Assembly (NCBI GenBank): GCA_963787125.1
Contig: CAWBBV010000029.1
Coordinates: 1 to 21,162 of the forward strand
Reading direction: 5' to 3'
DNA length: 21,162 nucleotides
DNA from: an uncultured delta proteobacterium
Lineage (GTDB): Bacteria > Desulfobacterota > Desulfuromonadia > Geobacterales > DSM-12255
Shown piece after piece: positions 16,257-21,162 of the stretch (positions within the stretch are counted from its first letter, which is position 1; every line of letters starts with the position of its first letter). The position numbers and the translations under genes are program-made. The notes beneath the pieces are model-generated. The model was not told the DNA's origin, did not search any database, and saw only the letters and a list, made by a program, of their open reading frames with translations.

Positions 16257-16286
16257 ACAATAGCACTTAATCGCATTAAAAATCAA
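16257..16286 (-). promoter_or_regulatory. Putative extended -10 sigma70 promoter giving a leaderless transcript
   Basis: Minus strand reads TTGATT-N18-TATTGT with TGn just before the -10, then 6 nt to the ATG. No SD sequence. Confidence 0.4.
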
Positions 16287-16374
16287 ATATCGCCTGATTT
16301 CAGATGCCTTGAGATAAACCGCCTGCAGCTGTCGGTCTTTCCAAGTGAATATGGGGTGGGATTTATAGCTTTTT

Positions 16375-17193
16375 TTAGTGTGACATGAACACCGGCACAG
16401 TCATATGGTTCATCAGGTGTCTGGCAACCGGTCCCAGCATGAACGCTCCCCGTCTTGAGGCAGCATATCCTCCCATGACAATCAGATCCATTTTCTGCTC
16501 GCAGGCGTTGTTGAGGAGTGCGTCACCGACAGGGAAAGATGCTGTCGAGAGAATCTTGTCGTGGACAGCGCTTATCTTATGTCTGGCAAGATACGCCGTT
16601 ATCTTCGGGATGTCACTCTCGGCACCCTGATCGTGTCCGTCTTGAGAGCCGACTGTTACCAGACTGACATGGGTAGCGTCCGCCAGAAAGGGGATGGCGT
16701 CGTGCAAGGTGCGCGAAGATTCACGTCCTGCTTTCCAGGCAACCATGACTCGCTTGATCGCTTTACTGAAAGAGCCGGTGTATGGTGCAATCAGGATTGG
16801 TTTTCCGCTTGCCAGGCCGAGTCGCTCCGGTAGGTCAAATGGAACTCCGGCGCTATTTGCATCTTCTGTCGGCTGCCCAACGATGACAAGATCTGAGTAG
16901 TAACTGTAGATTGTCACTATTTCGGTCATTCGCACCCCGACAACGGACCAGTCAACATAAAGCCACTCCGCCGACACTCCGGCGGCAGCAGTTTTTTCGG
17001 TGAAGAGTGTTTCTATGCTTCTGGCATTCTCACTGTCAGCAGTGGTATGCCTGGGGGCGTAGTAGGAGTGAGAGAGAACGTAGAGCCCCTTTATATGGGC
17101 GCCATGGGATTTAGCCATTTCAATTGCCAGATCTAGTCGAGAATGACAGCTGGGGGAGTTGTCGAGATGGAGGAGAATATCTTTGATTGCCAT
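16375..17193 (-). CDS. Universal stress protein (tandem USP domains)
   Basis: IKDILLHLD, YSDLVIVGQ, GKPILIAP, VMVAWKAGRESSR and DLIVMGGY...LGPVARHLM...PVFMSH. Confidence 0.92.
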   Translation of the reverse strand: MAIKDILLHLDNSPSCHSRLDLAIEMAKSHGAHIKGLYVLSHSYYAPRHTTADSENARSIETLFTEKTAAAGVSAEWLYVDWSVVGVRMTEIVTIYSYYSDLVIVGQPTEDANSAGVPFDLPERLGLASGKPILIAPYTGSFSKAIKRVMVAWKAGRESSRTLHDAIPFLADATHVSLVTVGSQDGHDQGAESDIPKITAYLARHKISAVHDKILSTASFPVGDALLNNACEQKMDLIVMGGYAASRRGAFMLGPVARHLMNHMTVPVFMSH

Positions 17194-17203
17194 GGCTGGC
17201 TCC

Positions 17204-17638
17204 TTACTGTTTCGGATTCATATCGTTTTCAACTGACAGCTGGAATTTTTCTATCATCCTTTTACGGTAATTAACGATGTCTTTTCGTAACGAAGAGAGT
17301 TTTGCCATTTTTTCATCAAGTGTATCAATATTGTTATCGAGCATCTCGACCAGAATAGGGATTATACGATTGGTCTCTTTCGCTTCGGTATAGACTTTAT
17401 CAAGCTCTTGCAGTTCTTTAATGGTTAACCCAAGCTCTTTTAACTTCAGAATAAACTTCAGCTTACGGACATCATCGGGGGTATAGGCCCGGGTTGTTCC
17501 TTCACTCCTGCAAGAGGGGGCCATTATCCCCATCTCTTCGTAATATTTCAGTGTCCGGCTGGTCACACCGGCACTCTTTGCAAGGGTCCCTATGGAGACG
17601 CAGTCGTTATTTTTATCTTCTGGATTACGCCTCTTCAT
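17204..17638 (-). CDS. Short MerR-family transcriptional regulator (LiuR-like size and context)
   Basis: SIGTLAKSAGVTSRTLKYYEEMGIM...RAY...LKFILKLKELGLTIKEL helix-turn-helix followed by a coiled coil. AAGGA RBS. Confidence 0.92.
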   Translation of the reverse strand: MKRRNPEDKNNDCVSIGTLAKSAGVTSRTLKYYEEMGIMAPSCRSEGTTRAYTPDDVRKLKFILKLKELGLTIKELQELDKVYTEAKETNRIIPILVEMLDNNIDTLDEKMAKLSSLRKDIVNYRKRMIEKFQLSVENDMNPKQ

Positions 17639-17650
17639 GGCAGTCCTTGT

Positions 17651-17777
17651 TATTCCAATCCTAAATCAAAGCGCTATCTTCGTTGGCTCGTCTTCGGCTC
17701 CTCTGCGTACTGGTGTACTGCTTCGTCGCCTCAATCCTCACCGCCTTGATTTCATCTTTGATTTAGAATCGGAATTA
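17651..17777. mobile_element. ERIC-like miniature inverted-repeat element (~127 bp)
   Basis: Terminal inverted repeats 17652-17671 and 17756-17775 match at 18/20. TA occurs at both outer ends (17651-52, 17776-77). The core reads CGTTGGCT...GTAC-tggt-GTAC...CCGCCTT. Confidence 0.7.
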
Positions 17778-18566
17778 TAGCCAGCGTTTTCTGCGGCGGT
17801 ATTGCTTTAGTTCGCGGTAGTTTTTCTTTTCTGAACCTTCAGACAGGCCAAGATAGAACTCTTTTACGTTAGTATTTGACTTCATCTCTTCAGTAGAACC
17901 GCCAAGAACGACCCGGCCACCTTCCATAATATAGGCGTGGTCAGATATACTGAAGGCGACGTTGGCGTTTTGCTCTACCAGGAGGATAGTTGTCTTCTCT
18001 TCAGTGTTGATTTTCTTTATCAGCTGAAAGATCTCTTGCACCAATAGTGGCGCAATACCGAGGGATGGCTCATCAAGTAGCATCAGTTTCGGCCTTGCCA
18101 TCAGTGCCCTGCCGATTGCAAGCATCTGCTGCTCACCTCCTGAGAGGTAGCCGGAAAGCTGGTTGCGGCGTTCCCGGAGACGGGGGAAATAATCGTATAC
18201 CAGCTCCTTGTCCCGTTTAAAACCAGCCTTGTCTGTGCGGGTATGGCCACCGACAAGAATATTCTCTTCGACGGTCATATCATCAAAGACCCTGCGTCCT
18301 TCCATGACCTGAAAGATCCCTTTACGGACAATCAACTCAGGGTTAAGGTTGCTGATCTTCTCACCCATAAAGGTGATTGAGCCATCAGTGACCTCACCAT
18401 CCTCAGACTTGAGAAGTCCCGAGATCGCCTTGAGTGTCGTACTCTTGCCTGCCCCGTTGGCACCAAGAAGGGCAACTATCTTCCCTGCCGGAACGTGCAA
18501 TGAAAGCCCTTTCAGGACAAGGATGACTTTGTTGTAGCTGACTTCGGCGTTGTTAATATGGAGCAT
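17775..18566 (-). CDS. livF: Liv-type ABC transporter ATP-binding subunit (LivF-like)
   Basis: GANGAGKST, LSGGEQQML, LLDEPSLG and LLVEQN motifs with a YRRRKRWL tail. GAGGT RBS before ATG 18566. Confidence 0.9.
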   Translation of the reverse strand: MLHINNAEVSYNKVILVLKGLSLHVPAGKIVALLGANGAGKSTTLKAISGLLKSEDGEVTDGSITFMGEKISNLNPELIVRKGIFQVMEGRRVFDDMTVEENILVGGHTRTDKAGFKRDKELVYDYFPRLRERRNQLSGYLSGGEQQMLAIGRALMARPKLMLLDEPSLGIAPLLVQEIFQLIKKINTEEKTTILLVEQNANVAFSISDHAYIMEGGRVVLGGSTEEMKSNTNVKEFYLGLSEGSEKKNYRELKQYRRRKRWL

Positions 18567-18582
18567 CTTTACCTCAGATTCA

Positions 18583-18611
18583 GCCTGCAAGAGGTAGCTC
18601 CTCTTGCAGGC
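18583..18611. other. Intergenic hairpin after the substrate-binding protein gene
   Basis: Perfect 12-bp GCCTGCAAGAGG-tagct-CCTCTTGCAGGC. A T-tract follows only on the + (antisense) strand. Confidence 0.7.
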
Positions 18612-18647
18612 ATTTTTTACAAAAACCCTAAACCTTCAGCCAGTAGT

Positions 18648-19832
18648 TTAAAGTCCCAGCCACTCTTTTTTGCGGGCTGTCTCAACTTCCTGGACTTTTG
18701 TCATCTTGCCACCTTTGATCACGTATATCGTGCTCTTGGTGGTGCCGCGGTGATCTGTCGCCGTGTAGGTGATCGGTGGTACCAGGCCGCCGGTGTCGAA
18801 GTTCTTCAAGGTTTCCAGCGCGTTCTTTACGCCTTCGCCAGTAAGCTTCTTGTTTTTGTCAGCCAGTCTGAGGCCTTCTGCCCAGACAAGACCGTAAGCC
18901 CAGCCCCGTACGTATACGGTGTCACGCTCTGCTTTGGGGGAGTTTTTCTTGTTCCAGTCGAGAAGTGCCTTCATCCCCTTTACTTTTTCGCCATAGGCAG
19001 CGTGAGTAGCCATTCCGTAGACCCCTTCCGCAGCGTCACCGGCAAGTTTGGGGAGAGCTTCAGTCATACCGTAATTGCCAAGGAAGAAGATAGTCTTGAT
19101 GCCAAGTTTCTTGGCGTCCTTGAGCAGGTTGGCGCAGGGGGCCACTGTTGTCTGCACATAAGCATAATCAGGATTTTTCTTTTGCATGCTGAGAAGGTTG
19201 GAGGTTACATCCTGCACTGGCGCCGGAATTATCTCTTCATGAACCAGCTCAATCCCGAGCTCTTTGGCATATTGTCTGCCCGCCTCAATTGGGGCCTTAC
19301 CGAAGCCATGGTTAGGGTAGATGAAGGCTACTTTAGGCGCACGCGTTTTGTCTTTCCAGTTCTTTTTTACATAATCAAGAAAGCCGCGGATTTGATCGGA
19401 ATAGCTGGCACCGACGAAAAAGTTGTAAGGTGTTTTGGCCGGATCGGTCAGGTGGCCGGAAAATGACGCAGAAAAATAGGGCGTCTTGTCTTTGGTGCAG
19501 GTGTCTTTAAGTGCTTCCGTATCTCCCGTACCCCAACCGTTGATCATGACGACTTTGTCCGACTCACAAAACTTTTTGTAAGCGGCGGTAGCTTGAGGAA
19601 TTTTGTAAGCATAGTCGACATTGACGAGCTCAATTTTTTTGCCGTTAACTCCCCCCTTTGCATTGATCGAGGCGATTGCGTCCTGTACGCCGTCAGCGAA
19701 AGGTTTGCCGACGTCAGCTGTGACGCCGGTCAGATCCCACAACCCGCCGACCTTGATAGTCTCTGCAGCGAATGAAACTGATGCCATTGATAATGCTGCT
19801 GTCACTGTTGCCAGAATTTTTCCGTATTTCAT
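18648..19832 (-). CDS. Liv-type ABC transporter periplasmic substrate-binding protein
   Basis: Signal peptide ending SFA, IKVGGLWDLTG, INAKGGVNGKKIELV..D and GWGTG; type I PBP pattern. Confidence 0.92.
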   Translation of the reverse strand: MKYGKILATVTAALSMASVSFAAETIKVGGLWDLTGVTADVGKPFADGVQDAIASINAKGGVNGKKIELVNVDYAYKIPQATAAYKKFCESDKVVMINGWGTGDTEALKDTCTKDKTPYFSASFSGHLTDPAKTPYNFFVGASYSDQIRGFLDYVKKNWKDKTRAPKVAFIYPNHGFGKAPIEAGRQYAKELGIELVHEEIIPAPVQDVTSNLLSMQKKNPDYAYVQTTVAPCANLLKDAKKLGIKTIFFLGNYGMTEALPKLAGDAAEGVYGMATHAAYGEKVKGMKALLDWNKKNSPKAERDTVYVRGWAYGLVWAEGLRLADKNKKLTGEGVKNALETLKNFDTGGLVPPITYTATDHRGTTKSTIYVIKGGKMTKVQEVETARKKEWLGL

Positions 19833-19930
19833 CTTTACCCCCTTTTGAGTTGTTACTGCTCAATAAAAGTGCTTTTAAAGCCCTGCACCAGGTTGCCTTA
19901 CTCTGATGAAAGTCGTCAGTTTTAAGCTTG

Positions 19931-20974
19931 TCAGTGTGAGAACGGGTAGAGCTTCCAATAATTTTTAATGCTGTGCCAACGGGCTGCCATGCCGGCCGGC
20001 TCGAAAAGGATAAAAATAACTACAAAAAGGCCGAAGACCAGCTCTTTCATCGCCGCCAGCTTGGCTACCAGTAATGGGAACGGTCCGGCCAGTGCCGAAG
20101 TGGATATTCTGAGGAGTTCCGGCAGCAGGGTAATGAAAATTGCGCCATAGATTGAGCCGAGAATGCTACCCAGTCCCCCGATAATGATCATGCCGAGATA
20201 GTCGATGGCGACGGTGATCGGGAATGTTTCCGGAGAGATGATTTTTGCCTGATAGGCAATCAGCGCTCCGGCTACGCCGACATAAAAGGAGCTGATGCCG
20301 AAGGAGAGCAATTTGTATTTGAGGATGTTGACTCCCATGACTTCAGCTGAAATTGCCTGATCGCGGATGGCAATAAATGCTTTGCCGACTTTGGTGCGAA
20401 AGAGGTTTTTTGCGAAGAGCACTGCCATGATTGCGATGGCAAAGATAAGAAAGAAGATCTTGCGGTCGGTGTCAAAAACAAAGCTGCCGAGTTGGGGGGA
20501 CGGAATTGAAAGGCCGGCCACACCGCCGGTAACCGACTCCCATTTGACGATCAGAAACTCAACAATGAAATGAGCTGCCAGAGTTGCCATCGCCAGGTAA
20601 AGTCCTTTGATTCGCAACGATGGAATGCCGACAAACATGCCGAAGAACGCTGTTAAAAGGCCTGCGAGCGGGATGCAGAGATAAAACGGCAAGCTAAATT
20701 TCGTGCCGAGATAGCCACTGGAGAATGCGCCGATAGCCATGAACGCGGCGTTGCCGAGGGAGATCTGGCCGGTGAACCCGGTGAGAATGTTAAGTCCGAC
20801 TGCACCTATGACTGCAATGCCGATTCGGTTGGCGATATCCAGTACATATCCGGGAGTATAAAGCGGGAGAGTAAAAAGCAGGCAGAGAAACAGCCCGAGC
20901 ATTATGCGGGCACTGTTTGATTCGAAAATGGTCATGTCTGCTGCATAAGTTGTTTTGAAATCACCACAACGCAT
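19931..20974 (-). CDS. livM: Liv-type ABC transporter permease (LivM-like)
   Basis: GLNILTGFTGQISLG, LRIKGLYLAMATL, GKAFIAIRD and IIGGLGSILG in a hydrophobic protein. Confidence 0.9.
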   Translation of the reverse strand: MRCGDFKTTYAADMTIFESNSARIMLGLFLCLLFTLPLYTPGYVLDIANRIGIAVIGAVGLNILTGFTGQISLGNAAFMAIGAFSSGYLGTKFSLPFYLCIPLAGLLTAFFGMFVGIPSLRIKGLYLAMATLAAHFIVEFLIVKWESVTGGVAGLSIPSPQLGSFVFDTDRKIFFLIFAIAIMAVLFAKNLFRTKVGKAFIAIRDQAISAEVMGVNILKYKLLSFGISSFYVGVAGALIAYQAKIISPETFPITVAIDYLGMIIIGGLGSILGSIYGAIFITLLPELLRISTSALAGPFPLLVAKLAAMKELVFGLFVVIFILFEPAGMAARWHSIKNYWKLYPFSH

Positions 20975-20975
20975 A

Positions 20976-21162
20976 TTAAACCCTCTCTATCTTCTTTTTA
21001 CCGAACAGGCCGTAAGGTTTGAACATGAGAATCAGGATCAGAGCGATGTACGGGGCCACTTCCTTGGCACCGCCACCGACTATCGGGTCGACATAGCCGC
21101 CTGACAGGTTCTCCAGAACGCCAATGATAACGCCGCCGACGATAGCCCCCAGCAATACGTGG
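20976..21162 (-). CDS. livH: Liv-type ABC transporter permease (LivH-like), C-terminal fragment cut by the window edge
   Basis: Minus-strand translation ...GAIVGGVIIGVLENLSGGYVDPIVGGGAKEVAPYIALILILMFKPYGLFGKKKIERV*, with TAA at 20978-20976. Confidence 0.85.
   Translation of the reverse strand, partial: HVLLGAIVGGVIIGVLENLSGGYVDPIVGGGAKEVAPYIALILILMFKPYGLFGKKKIERV

Noticed and set aside
18558..19466. 302-aa ORF on the + strand
   Set aside because: Antisense shadow of the well-supported substrate-binding protein gene, with no motifs. The same applies to the other short overlapping ORFs in the track.
20979..20995. AACCCTCTCTATCTTCT resembles the terminator arm at 9794-9808 (reverse complement)
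   Set aside because: Short, low-complexity match inside livH coding sequence; probably chance.

Overview
Chromosomal window that looks deltaproteobacterial, probably Geobacteraceae-like; this is inferred from gene content, not from a search. Left to right: (1) the 3' part of a large Ig-repeat surface protein with a CFI-box C-terminal anchor; (2) aroC-aroB-TPR-roadblock(MglC-like)-aroQ, without aroK; (3) an uncharacterised, apparently sigma54-driven unit made of a 63-aa Cys-rich protein, a 40-aa membrane peptide missing from the ORF track, an 83-aa two-helix protein and a 349-aa polytopic membrane protein, with the three membrane genes bracketed by a 35-bp inverted repeat (33/35 identical) 1.7 kb apart; (4) a PIG3-type quinone oxidoreductase and a conserved hypothetical protein; (5) a compact five-gene signalling operon: stand-alone REC, MglA-family GTPase, soluble His kinase, a REC-MshEN-like-PilB/GspE ATPase-double zinc ribbon fusion, and REC-HD-GYP, with no pilus or secretion structural genes; (6) on the minus strand, the end of a Liv-type ABC transporter operon (livH/M/K/F-like), a ~127-bp ERIC-like MITE, a MerR regulator, a USP and an M23 peptidase. 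The best candidates for undescribed systems are (5) and (3). All calls come from reading motifs by eye.
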